64,000 bases of DNA, taken from Tepidisphaera sp. GTDB lineage: Bacteria; Planctomycetota; Phycisphaerae; Phycisphaerales; UBA1924. The position numbers were made by a program, and so were the translations under genes. This document shows positions 8,974 to 18,092 of this stretch, piece by piece (the stretch's first letter is position 1; each line of letters opens with the position of its first letter). The notes beneath the pieces were generated by a model. That model searched no databases and had not been told where the DNA came from. It worked only from the letters and a program-made list of their open reading frames with translations. Where the stretch lies: the NCBI GenBank assembly GCA_050916045.1, contig CP051526.1:3648001-3712000 (forward strand), given 5' to 3'.

Positions 8974-10533
8974 ATGCCGGACGAGTCCGTGTCGTCTTCA
9001 CCTCAACCCGATTCGTCTCATCCGCCTGCCGAGCTTCAGCCGCCGAGCTTGCAGCCGGCGCGTTCCCCTCTCCGCGAGCTTTTCGCCATCGCCGGCCCCA
9101 CCGTCGCGACAATGACGTCGTATACCGCGATGACCTTCACCGACAAGTGGCTCGTCTCGCGCCTGGACCCCGAGTTGGTCGGTGCTCAGGGCAACGGCGG
9201 CCTCGCGTCCTGGGTGCCCCAAGCGTTCATGTACGGCACGCTTCAGGTCATCAACACCTACGTCTCCCAGAACATGGGCGCCGGAAACGCAAGCCGCGGC
9301 GCGGCGTACGCCTGGAACGGCATCTTCATCGCCGCGGCTTTCTCCCTTCTCCTTCAGCCGTACGCCCTGCTCCTCCCGTGGATCTTCGAGAAAGCCGCGA
9401 TGGACCCGGCCCAAGCCGCCCCCGCCGTTGAGTACGGCCGCATCCTGATCTGGGGCTGCTTTCTCAACATGGCGACGCGGGCCCTCGGCCAGTTCTTCTA
9501 CGGCCTTCACAAAGCCGGCATCGTCATGATTGCGGGCATCCTCGCCAATATCGTCAACCTCGTCGTCAGCGCCATGCTCGTCTTCGGCCAGGACACGAGC
9601 AACCGCGGCCTGGGCTTGTTCGGCGAGATGGTGGCGTGGCTTTCGGCGACCGTGGGCCTCGAGGGGGGCATGGGCATCGCCGGATCCGCGTGGGGCACGG
9701 TGATCGCGACCGGTGTTGAGCTTTCGATCCCGCTGGCGTTCTTCCTCTCGGCCAAGATGAACCGCCAGTACGGCACGCGCACCTCATGGCGTCTCTCCTG
9801 GCCGCACATCCGGGACATCCTGCGGATCGGCTGGCCCGGCGGCGCGATGTTCGCCAACGAGATGATCTGCTGGGGCTTCTTCATGGTCTACCTCGTCAGC
9901 CACCACGGGAAAGCCCACGCCTCCGCCGGCTGGATCACCCACCAGTACATGTCCCTTTCGTTCATGCCGGCGGTCGGCATGTCCGTCGCGACCACGGCGA
10001 TCGTCGGCAAGTACATCGGCGCCGGCCGCCACGACCTGGCCGCCGCTCGCTACTGGCTCGCCCTTCGGTGGACCGTCGCGTACATGGGCTTGTGCGCCCT
10101 GATCTTCGTCGTCTTCCGCCACCAGCTCATCGCGCTCTTTGTGAAGGACGGGACGCCGCCGGAAGAGGTGGCGGAGTTGGTGCGGCTTGGTTCGATGATG
10201 CTCATCGCGACGGCGACCTTCCAGATCTTCGACGCGGGAGCGATGGTGACCTCCGGGGCCCTCCGCGGCGCGGGCGACACGCTCTTCCCCGGAGTCGCGA
10301 CGATCGTTTCATCCTGGGTGATCATCGTGGGGGGCGGATTTGCCCTGCTTTACGCGTTCCCCGGCCTCGAGAGCCTCGGAGCCTGGATGGCAGCTTCGGC
10401 GTACATCATCGTCCTCTGCCTGCTCCTGGTCGGCCGCTTCCTGGCGGGCCACTGGAAGACGATCAAGCTGCTCCCCGGGTCCGCGCCCGCCCCCGCTGGC
10501 GACGGCGTGACCGACGGCATCACGCCGCCGTGA
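8974..10533 (+). CDS. MATE family efflux transporter
   Basis: About 12 hydrophobic segments, FTDKWLVSRL, ILRIGWP, SFMPAVGMSVATTAIVGKYIGAG, GALRGAGDT. Confidence 0.92.
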   Translation: MPDESVSSSPQPDSSHPPAELQPPSLQPARSPLRELFAIAGPTVATMTSYTAMTFTDKWLVSRLDPELVGAQGNGGLASWVPQAFMYGTLQVINTYVSQNMGAGNASRGAAYAWNGIFIAAAFSLLLQPYALLLPWIFEKAAMDPAQAAPAVEYGRILIWGCFLNMATRALGQFFYGLHKAGIVMIAGILANIVNLVVSAMLVFGQDTSNRGLGLFGEMVAWLSATVGLEGGMGIAGSAWGTVIATGVELSIPLAFFLSAKMNRQYGTRTSWRLSWPHIRDILRIGWPGGAMFANEMICWGFFMVYLVSHHGKAHASAGWITHQYMSLSFMPAVGMSVATTAIVGKYIGAGRHDLAAARYWLALRWTVAYMGLCALIFVVFRHQLIALFVKDGTPPEEVAELVRLGSMMLIATATFQIFDAGAMVTSGALRGAGDTLFPGVATIVSSWVIIVGGGFALLYAFPGLESLGAWMAASAYIIVLCLLLVGRFLAGHWKTIKLLPGSAPAPAGDGVTDGITPP

Positions 10534-10682
10534 GTAAACCGAACATCGGTCGTACGCCCTGATCTGTTTGGATTTTGAAAGGATAGAGCGGTTTGAGTTG
10601 GCTCAACGAGCCCTCTAGAATGCGCACTTGGACCTCTTCCCATGGGCACGGGACCGGTCCGCGCACAGTTCAGGAGACTTGG

Positions 10683-11630
10683 ATGACGCACGATCCGCTT
10701 GACACGGTCATTGGTGGTGTTGGAAACGGAACCGAGACCCGGCGCGACGCGGCCGCCGCCGCCAAACACCTCGCCGCCGCGACCAAAGCCGAGCAGGCCG
10801 GCGACCGCTGGACCGCCATCGCCGAACTCCGCAAAGCGGTCTCCGCCGACCCGGAGAACCCCCACATCCTGTTCAAGCTCGCGTACCACCTCGACCTCGT
10901 CGGCGAGGAAGAGGAAGCCATCGCCGCCTACGAGCGCTGCACCGAGAAGCCGCCGGCGATGGTCAACGCTCTGATCAACCTCGCCGTCCTCTACGAAGAT
11001 CGCGGCGAATACGTCCGCGCCGAGCGCTGCCTCCGCCAGGTCCTCGACACCAACTCCAACCACCCGCGAGCCCAGCTCTACGTCAAGGACGTCCTGGCGA
11101 GCAAGGACATGGTCATCGAGGATGAGCCGGACCGCGACCACTTCAAGCGCAAAGCCCTCATGGATACCCCCGTGACGGACTTTGAGCTTTCCGTTCGCGC
11201 CCGCACCTGCCTCAAGAAGATGAGCATCCGCACGCTGGGCGACCTGCTCCGCATCACCGAAGCCGAGCTCATGAGCTACAAGAACTTCGGCGACAGCAGC
11301 CTCGTCGAGATCAAGAAGATGCTCTCCGCCCGCGGCCTCAAGCTCGGCCAGGGCCTCGAGGATGCGCACCGCGCCGCCCGCCGCCAGCTCGTCGAGCAGT
11401 TCAAGGGCACCGGCAAGGAGAACGCTCTCGGCAAGCTCGTCGCCGACCTCCCCATGTCCATCCGGGCTCGCAAAGCCCTGCAGCTCCTCAACATCGTGAC
11501 CCTCGGCGACCTCGCCAGCCACACCGAAGCGGAGCTCATGGGCGTCAAGAACTTCGGCTCAACCAGCCTGAAGGAAGTCCGCGAACGCTTGGCCGAGAAC
11601 GGCCTGGCCCTCCGCAAGCTCGACACCTGA
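10683..11630 (+). CDS. TPR protein with two RNA polymerase alpha-CTD-like domains
   Basis: TPR helices, then PVTDFELSVRARTCLKKMSIRTLGDL..KNFGDSSLVEIK and VADLPMSIRARKAL..KNFGSTSLKEVR; AGGAG RBS before ATG 10683. Confidence 0.9.
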   Translation: MTHDPLDTVIGGVGNGTETRRDAAAAAKHLAAATKAEQAGDRWTAIAELRKAVSADPENPHILFKLAYHLDLVGEEEEAIAAYERCTEKPPAMVNALINLAVLYEDRGEYVRAERCLRQVLDTNSNHPRAQLYVKDVLASKDMVIEDEPDRDHFKRKALMDTPVTDFELSVRARTCLKKMSIRTLGDLLRITEAELMSYKNFGDSSLVEIKKMLSARGLKLGQGLEDAHRAARRQLVEQFKGTGKENALGKLVADLPMSIRARKALQLLNIVTLGDLASHTEAELMGVKNFGSTSLKEVRERLAENGLALRKLDT

Positions 11631-11651
11631 GCTGGACACCCGCGACATCAC

Positions 11652-11682
11652 GAAGCCCACGGGTTCAACCCGTGGGCTTTTT
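11652..11682. repeat. REP-like palindrome / terminator, copy 1
   Basis: GAAGCCCACGGG-ttcaa-CCCGTGGGCTTTTT between convergent genes; near-identical copy at 57813-57842. Confidence 0.75.
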
Positions 11683-11692
11683 CATTGAACCC

Positions 11693-11992
11693 TCACGGAT
11701 CCGTCGGGTTTCGGGCCTCTTTGAGGACTTCCGGATCGCGCTGGTTGGTCTCGCGGTACGACGCCCGCGCTTCGATGTACTTCTCCGGGCTCACCTTGAG
11801 GTCGGGCTCCACGCCCGCCCCGTGCTGCGCGTGAAGGTGCTTGAGGAACGGCACGCACCACATGCAACCAGTCCCCGCCGAAAGGCACTCGGAGATCAGC
11901 GAAGCCACTCGGGGGTTCTCCCGCGCCAGAAAACCGCGGATCTTCCGGAGCGTCACGTGAAAGCACAGACAGACTTCATCGTCCGGGTCCAT
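11693..11992 (-). CDS. BFD-like [2Fe-2S]-binding protein
   Basis: VCLCFHV..AGTGCMWCVP (C-x-C..C-x2-C). Confidence 0.85.
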   Translation of the reverse strand: MDPDDEVCLCFHVTLRKIRGFLARENPRVASLISECLSAGTGCMWCVPFLKHLHAQHGAGVEPDLKVSPEKYIEARASYRETNQRDPEVLKEARNPTDP

Positions 11993-12013
11993 GCTTCATC
12001 GTAGGTTTGGCCC

Positions 12014-12826
12014 TCAGCGCTCCAGCCAGTCCAGGATCTCGAACACGCCGACGATCTCGTGCCCCGGGAACACCCTCGTCGCGCGGGCTTTCAGCCTTTC
12101 GTCCGCGTTCGCCGGACACCCAAACGCCGCCACCCGCTCCAGAATCGGCATGTCGCTGAAGCTGTCTCCGATCCCGGCGCACCGCTCCCGCGTCAGGCCG
12201 GTCATCGCAAAGACCCGATCGATCCCCGTCCCCTTGTCGATGTGCTTGAGATCGCAGTTGATCCACGCGACGGTCATCGAAACGCGAAAGCCCCAGCCCT
12301 CGCGCCCGAACCGTTCCTCAAGCACCGGCCACGCCCGCCGCAGGGTCTCTCCGTCAGGATGCCAGAGCGAGATCGAAGCCGCTTTCCCGGGCTGAATCAC
12401 AATCCCCCTCGGGGCCCACTCCGCTTCGATGTACCGCGTGGCGTCGTGCACCCATCGCAGATGCTCGGCCGTGATCGCCGGGTCGCGCAGGAATCGCTGC
12501 CCACGCGGGTCGTACACCCACACCCCGTTCTCGCAGACGCACGGCACCGACGTGTTGCCGATCACCCGGCACAAAGCCTCGACGAACGGCTGCGGGCGGC
12601 CGGAGCAAAGCGTCACCACCGGCACGTCTCCCGACGCTTGCGCCCGCCGGTTGTGATCGGCCAGACGGGCCAGAGCGTGGGCATCCATCGGCTCGTGCGA
12701 TTCAGGCCCCAGACATCCGTCGATATCGCAGAAAACCGCGTCCAAGCGGCGGCGGGCGGGGCCCGAAACGGAACCCGAAAGGGGCTCCCCGTGCGGTCCC
12801 AGAACGTTGGCGGGCGGCTGACTCAT
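12014..12826 (-). CDS. HAD superfamily hydrolase (Cof/IIB-like)
   Basis: CDIDGCL, LCSGRP, CENG, DKGTG, IGDSFSDMP. Start taken at ATG 12826. Confidence 0.88.
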   Translation of the reverse strand: MSQPPANVLGPHGEPLSGSVSGPARRRLDAVFCDIDGCLGPESHEPMDAHALARLADHNRRAQASGDVPVVTLCSGRPQPFVEALCRVIGNTSVPCVCENGVWVYDPRGQRFLRDPAITAEHLRWVHDATRYIEAEWAPRGIVIQPGKAASISLWHPDGETLRRAWPVLEERFGREGWGFRVSMTVAWINCDLKHIDKGTGIDRVFAMTGLTRERCAGIGDSFSDMPILERVAAFGCPANADERLKARATRVFPGHEIVGVFEILDWLER

Positions 12827-12844
12827 CGCGCGTACCATACGGGC

Positions 12845-13303
12845 GTGGACCGCCGCTGGTGGAACCCGATTCTGATCCTTCTGGCGACGCTCGCCGTTGT
12901 CGGATTGATCGCTCTCGCCGCGTTCCAAAGCTACTCCTGGCACATCTTCGCGATGGCGGTCATCGCCGTCGGCTCAATCGGCACACTGGCGTTCCCGCTC
13001 TTTGTCCGAGACCTGAGCCACGCCACCTCGCCGCCCACGCGGCCCTGGTTCACCAAACTCGACGGCTCCTGCCCGGACTGCGGCTATCCCGGTGAGGGGA
13101 TCGAAGGGTGCCGCTGTCCGGAATGCGGCGGCCACATCCCGCCGGGCTTCGCGTCCGTCGCGGCGCTCAAAGCTATTCATGACGCCAGCGGCCCCGCCGA
13201 GTGCGTCGTCTGCCACGCCGTCCACATGGATCTGCCGCCGGGGGTCGCCTGCCCCAACTGCGGGTCCCGCCGACGCAAATCCCTCGCGGCCCACACCCGT
13301 TAG
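12845..13303 (+). CDS. Two-TM membrane protein with double zinc ribbon
   Basis: Two hydrophobic helices, then CPDCGY..CPECG and CVVCH..CPNCG; likely GTG start within the 12059..13303 ORF. Confidence 0.7.
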   Translation: MDRRWWNPILILLATLAVVGLIALAAFQSYSWHIFAMAVIAVGSIGTLAFPLFVRDLSHATSPPTRPWFTKLDGSCPDCGYPGEGIEGCRCPECGGHIPPGFASVAALKAIHDASGPAECVVCHAVHMDLPPGVACPNCGSRRRKSLAAHTR

Positions 13304-13329
13304 ACTCTGGCTTCCCGCCGGAGTCCCGC

Positions 13330-15927
13330 ATGCCGCTGTTCGCAGCCACCATTTTCCTTTCCGCCACGCTTCTCTTCCTCGTCCAGCCCATGGTCGGCAA
13401 GATGCTCCTGCCGCTCGCCGGCGGAAGCTCGGCCGTCTGGAACACCTGCATGGTGTCGTTCCAAGCGGCGCTTCTCGCGGGCTACCTCTACTCCCACGTG
13501 CTCACGACGCGTTTCTCGCTCAAGGTCCAGGTCGGCATCCACTCCACACTGGCCCTCGTGACCATCGCGGCGCTTCCTTTCGCCCAGCCCTCCTCCCCGC
13601 CACCCACCGAATCGACGATCGCTCTGACGCTCTGGCTCATCCAGACCATCGCCGTGACGGTCGGCTTGCCGTTCTTCGTGGTGAGCACGACCGGGCCGCT
13701 GCTCCAGAGCTGGTTCTCGCGGACCGACCACCCGCGCGCGAGCGACCCCTACTTCCTCTACGCGGCAAGCAACATCGGAAGCTCGCTCGGTCTGCTCGGG
13801 TACCCGTTCCTTCTTGAGTCGACATTCAACATCGCCGGACAGTCCTTTATCTGGGCCGCGAGCTTCGTCCTGCTCGCAATCCTGCTCATCTCCTGCGGCA
13901 TCTCCGCCGCCCGAAACCAAGCCCAGCAACTCATCCTGCCCGACGCTCCCAAGGCCGCCCCCGAGGCGATCACCTGGAAGCGGCGCGGCTTGTGGATCGC
14001 CCTCTCCGCCGTGCCGTCAAGCCTGATGATCGGCGTCACCCAGCACATCTCGACCGACCTCGCCGCCGTCCCGCTTCTGTGGGTGATCCCCCTCTTCCTC
14101 TACCTCCTCACGTTCACGCTCGCGTTCTCCCCGCGGATCGCCCTCTCGACGCCGCTGCTCGGATGGATCACCTTGTTCCTTGTCTTCGCTGACGGCATCG
14201 TGCTGATGACGGGCCTGAACAAGCCTTTCGTGCCCATCCTCTCCCTCCACATCGCGACGTTCTTCATCGCGGCGCTCATGTGCCACCGCCGGCTCGCCGA
14301 CGATCGCCCGAGCCCGGCACGGCTGACCGAGTTCTTCTTCTACGTCGCTCTCGGAGGGGTTCTGGGCGGCATCTTCAACGCTCTCATCGCCCCCCTGATC
14401 TTCACGCTGGTGTTCGAGTACCCCGTCGCTCTTGCGGCGTGCGTCCTGCTCCGTCCCTGGACGCGCACGGATCTGTCGGCACGCGAGACGCCGACCCTTC
14501 GCGAGCGGCTTTCCGCGTTCTCCGAAAGCCGGGCGGGCTTCGCGATCGCTTTCTTCGCCGCTGCGGCGTTTCTCGGGCTGGTCTGGGTGCTCCCCTCGGT
14601 CCTCACCTCGATGGGCGTGCGAACAATCTACGTCGAAGGAACGCGGGCGATTCTCGCGATGAGCCTCTGCCTCACGCTCGCTCTGCTCATCCGCAGGCCC
14701 GTCGTCTCCGCTCTCCCGTTCCTCGCCGTCGCGATGGCCGGGCAATACCTCGGCAAGCTCTCTTACGGCGATGACACGCTCGCGCTCAAGCGGAGCTTCT
14801 TCGGCGTTCACCATGTCTACACCGTTGCCGCCCGCTCGGAGGGACGCATCGATCCGACCAAGCCCGCCGCGCACAAACTCATGCACGGCACGACGCTCCA
14901 CGGAGCCCAGCTCTTCGGCACCCTCGAACGCAAGCGGCCCGACGGCTCGGTCTTCTCCTCCGACGCCGAGCGGCTCGCCACCACGTACTACCACCCCAAC
15001 GGCCCGGTCGGCGACATCATGCGCCACCTCGCCAACACCCCCGCGCGACGCGCGGCCGCCGGCCCCCCCACTGCGGCATTGCTCGACGCAGCCCGCGCGG
15101 GGATCCTGACCGACCGCGGCGTTCCCGCGCTGCCATCGCTTTCGGCCGGGTCGCTCGCGGCGTGGCCCGCCGTCGTGCAATCCATCGCCGACTCCTCGCG
15201 GGTCGGAGCACCGATCACGCGCGTCGCGATCGTCGGCCTGGGCTCGGGCGCCATGGCCGCCTACGCCGGTCCGGGAGACCAGTACACCTACTACGAGATC
15301 GACCCCGCCGTCCGCGACATCGCCACCGACCCCGCTCTCTTCACCTACATCACCGGCGCCCAAGCCCGTGGAGCCAAGATCGACATCGTCATGGGCGACG
15401 GCCGACTCTCGATCGCCCAGGCCCCGGACAAGTCCTTCGGACTCATCGTCCTCGACGCGTTCAGCTCGGACTCCATCCCCGTCCACCTCCTGACCAAGGA
15501 AGCCGTCCAGCTCTACCTCAGCAAGCTGCGCGATGACGGCATCGTCGCTTTCCATATCTCCAACCGTTACTTCGACCTCCGCCCGGTCCTCCTCGCCCAC
15601 TCCCTCGTCCTCCAGAAGCCAGCGTTTCTCGGCGAAAGCGGACCCGCCCGAGACCCGGCCGCTCCGCGCGGCGTGACCCCCGCCCGAGACTCCGCCGAGT
15701 TCATGGCCGCCTCCACCTGGCTGGTTATGGCGAACAACCCCGCCGCACTGGCCAACTTCGCCACCGACGGCCCTTTCTGGGTCCCGCTCGTGACCCCGCC
15801 GCAGTATCTTCCTTCCAAGACCGGCCGCCCCCCGAGAAAGACGCTCCCCGAATGGACCGATGATTTCTCGGATGTCCTGACGGTCTTCCGCTGGAAAGAG
15901 GACACCAAGCCGATCGGACCGAGTTAG
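13330..15927 (+). CDS. Fused membrane / spermidine-synthase-like SAM-dependent transferase
   Basis: LLFLVQPMVGKMLLP..GGSSAVW, DPYFLYAASNIGS, HGTTLHGAQ, VGLGSG, YEIDPAV, GDGRL, LDAFSSDSIPVHLLT, WTDDFS. Confidence 0.9.
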   Translation: MPLFAATIFLSATLLFLVQPMVGKMLLPLAGGSSAVWNTCMVSFQAALLAGYLYSHVLTTRFSLKVQVGIHSTLALVTIAALPFAQPSSPPPTESTIALTLWLIQTIAVTVGLPFFVVSTTGPLLQSWFSRTDHPRASDPYFLYAASNIGSSLGLLGYPFLLESTFNIAGQSFIWAASFVLLAILLISCGISAARNQAQQLILPDAPKAAPEAITWKRRGLWIALSAVPSSLMIGVTQHISTDLAAVPLLWVIPLFLYLLTFTLAFSPRIALSTPLLGWITLFLVFADGIVLMTGLNKPFVPILSLHIATFFIAALMCHRRLADDRPSPARLTEFFFYVALGGVLGGIFNALIAPLIFTLVFEYPVALAACVLLRPWTRTDLSARETPTLRERLSAFSESRAGFAIAFFAAAAFLGLVWVLPSVLTSMGVRTIYVEGTRAILAMSLCLTLALLIRRPVVSALPFLAVAMAGQYLGKLSYGDDTLALKRSFFGVHHVYTVAARSEGRIDPTKPAAHKLMHGTTLHGAQLFGTLERKRPDGSVFSSDAERLATTYYHPNGPVGDIMRHLANTPARRAAAGPPTAALLDAARAGILTDRGVPALPSLSAGSLAAWPAVVQSIADSSRVGAPITRVAIVGLGSGAMAAYAGPGDQYTYYEIDPAVRDIATDPALFTYITGAQARGAKIDIVMGDGRLSIAQAPDKSFGLIVLDAFSSDSIPVHLLTKEAVQLYLSKLRDDGIVAFHISNRYFDLRPVLLAHSLVLQKPAFLGESGPARDPAAPRGVTPARDSAEFMAASTWLVMANNPAALANFATDGPFWVPLVTPPQYLPSKTGRPPRKTLPEWTDDFSDVLTVFRWKEDTKPIGPS

Positions 15928-15948
15928 TCCCCCTTCGTACACTGCCCC

Positions 15949-17142
15949 ATGCCGATCCTGAATTACCAGACCGCGGGCGAATCCCACGGCGCCGCTCTGA
16001 TCGCCACGATCACAGGCCTGCCCGCGGGGCTATCGCTCGATCTGGACTTCATCAACGCCGAACTGCGTCGCCGCCAGGGCGGCTACGGCCGCGGCGGCCG
16101 CCAGCGCATCGAGCAGGACACCGCCACCGCCCTGACCGGCGTCCGCCGCGGAAAGACGATCGGCTCACCCCTCGTCCTCCACATCTCCAACAACGACTCG
16201 CGGATGGACGACCTCGTCAAGACCCCGCCCATCTACCGCCCGCGCCCCGGCCACGCCGACCTCGCCGGAAGCATCAAGTGGCTGACCACCGATTGCCGCG
16301 AAACCCTCGAACGCGCCTCCGCCCGCGAAACCGCAAGCCGCGTCGCCGCAGGCGCCGTCGCTCGCTGCCTTCTCCGCGCCTTCGGCATCGAAGCTTTCGG
16401 CTTTGTCCGCTCCATCCTCGACTCGCACACCACCGCCACCATCACCGAAGCCAACTGGCGCGACATGCTCGCCCTCCGCGACGCCAGCGACACCTACTGC
16501 CCTGATCCCGTCGCCACCCAGCGCCAGTGCGAGATCATCCGCCAAGCCAAGATCGACAAGGACACCGTCGGCGGCCTCGTCGAAGCCCACATCTTCGGCT
16601 GCCCCCCCGGCATCGGCTCCTCCATGGACTGGACCACCAAACTCGACGCACGGCTCGCCTACGCCGTCATGGGCATCCAAGCGTTCAAAGCCGTCGAGAT
16701 CGGCATCGGCAAAGACGCCGCTTCCCTCCCGGGCCACAAGGTCCACGACCCCATCCGCTACGACCCGTCCAAACGCGATACGCCGAACCTCGGCTTCGTC
16801 CGCGACACCAACAACGCCGGCGGCACCGAAGGCGGCATGACCAACGGCCAGCCCGTCGTCGTCCGGGGCACCATGAAGCCCATCGCCACGCTGCTTCGCG
16901 GCATGCCAAGCGTCGACCTCAACACCAAACAGCCGGAACACTCCGCCTACGAACGCTCCGACGTCTGTGCTGTCTCCGCCGCAAGCGTGGTGCTCGAGAA
17001 CGTCGCGGCCTTCGAAGTCGCCCGCTGCTTCACCGAGAAGTTCAGCGGCGACAGCCTGACGGAAATGAAAGCTTGCTACGACAAGTACCTTGAATACGCC
17101 CGCATGCTCCCGCTCGAGCCGCCGATCGCGACGATCGCGTGA
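15949..17142 (+). CDS. aroC: Chorismate synthase
   Basis: TAGESHG, RRRQGGYGRG, RPRPGHADL, ERASARETA, NNAGGTEGGMTNG, MKPIATL, RSDVCAV. Confidence 0.97.
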   Translation: MPILNYQTAGESHGAALIATITGLPAGLSLDLDFINAELRRRQGGYGRGGRQRIEQDTATALTGVRRGKTIGSPLVLHISNNDSRMDDLVKTPPIYRPRPGHADLAGSIKWLTTDCRETLERASARETASRVAAGAVARCLLRAFGIEAFGFVRSILDSHTTATITEANWRDMLALRDASDTYCPDPVATQRQCEIIRQAKIDKDTVGGLVEAHIFGCPPGIGSSMDWTTKLDARLAYAVMGIQAFKAVEIGIGKDAASLPGHKVHDPIRYDPSKRDTPNLGFVRDTNNAGGTEGGMTNGQPVVVRGTMKPIATLLRGMPSVDLNTKQPEHSAYERSDVCAVSAASVVLENVAAFEVARCFTEKFSGDSLTEMKACYDKYLEYARMLPLEPPIATIA

Positions 17143-17149
17143 CAGAGCT

Positions 17150-17962
17150 TCACTTCGGGAGCGAGTGCTTGAGAAGCCACGCCGCGACGCCGCCCGCGTC
17201 CTTCTCCTCGCGGTACGCTCTGTCCCACGAGTTGTGACCGACGCCCGGGTAATAGGTCGCACGCCGTTCGGCGGTGCCGCCAACGGCCTCGAACGCTGTC
17301 ATCATCGCTCGCTGATGGCTCGGCGGCACGACGTTGTCCGCTTCGCCGTGGAAAGCCCAGATCGGCGTGTTCTTGAGCTTCTCCGCCATCTCGCGAGCGG
17401 CCCGCTGCTCGGCTTGCTTGTCGTTCCAATCCCGCGCCACATACCCGCAGATCGGCACCACCGCCGCCCACGTGTCGGGGTGCATCGAACCAAGTGTCCA
17501 CGCGCCGTGCCCGCCCTGCGACAAGCCGGTGAGGTACGTCCGCGAGACATCCGTGCGATACTCCCGGCGGGTGGCGTCCAGCATCCCCATCACCACCGCG
17601 TCGTAGTCTTCCCATTGCTTGTTCGGGTCGGGCTTCTGCGGCAGGATGATGACAAACGGCCACGCCTGCGGGTCCCACATGACGGCCGCGCCCAGGCCTT
17701 GCATCGCCTGCTTGAACCCGTCCGTGCCGCACTCGCCGCGGCCGTGCAGGAACATGATCGTCGGCCAGTCGCGATCCGCGGCGTAGCCACGCGGAACGTA
17801 CACAAGGTACGGATAGGTGACGCCCTCGTGCGTGAACGTCTTGGAAAGCATGCCGGTGGGTGTCACCGCGTGAACCTCCGTGGTGCGCTGCGATGGCCCG
17901 GATTCGCACCCTCCGACCGAAAGCACGGCGAACAAACCGAGCGCCGCGATGGCTCGACTCAT
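17150..17962 (-). CDS. Alpha/beta hydrolase lipoprotein (predicted peptidase/esterase)
   Basis: Lipoprotein-like signal ending GGC; FLHGRGE, YLTGLSQGG nucleophile elbow, FHGEADNVV, GHNSW. Confidence 0.88.
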   Translation of the reverse strand: MSRAIAALGLFAVLSVGGCESGPSQRTTEVHAVTPTGMLSKTFTHEGVTYPYLVYVPRGYAADRDWPTIMFLHGRGECGTDGFKQAMQGLGAAVMWDPQAWPFVIILPQKPDPNKQWEDYDAVVMGMLDATRREYRTDVSRTYLTGLSQGGHGAWTLGSMHPDTWAAVVPICGYVARDWNDKQAEQRAAREMAEKLKNTPIWAFHGEADNVVPPSHQRAMMTAFEAVGGTAERRATYYPGVGHNSWDRAYREEKDAGGVAAWLLKHSLPK

Positions 17963-18000
17963 GACGGTCTCCTGATCCCCACGCGGCGGAATGGTACAAC

Positions 18001-18031
18001 AAAAAACCGCCGGGCATCGCTGCCCGGCGGT
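18001..18031 (-). terminator. Intrinsic terminator for 18093..19259
   Basis: A-run then ACCGCCGGGCA-tcgc-TGCCCGGCGGT. Confidence 0.75.
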
Positions 18032-18092
18032 CTTGAAATCAACTGACTGCCTGAAGTTCCGATCTCTCGATCAGGAGTCTTCAGAACAGAAC

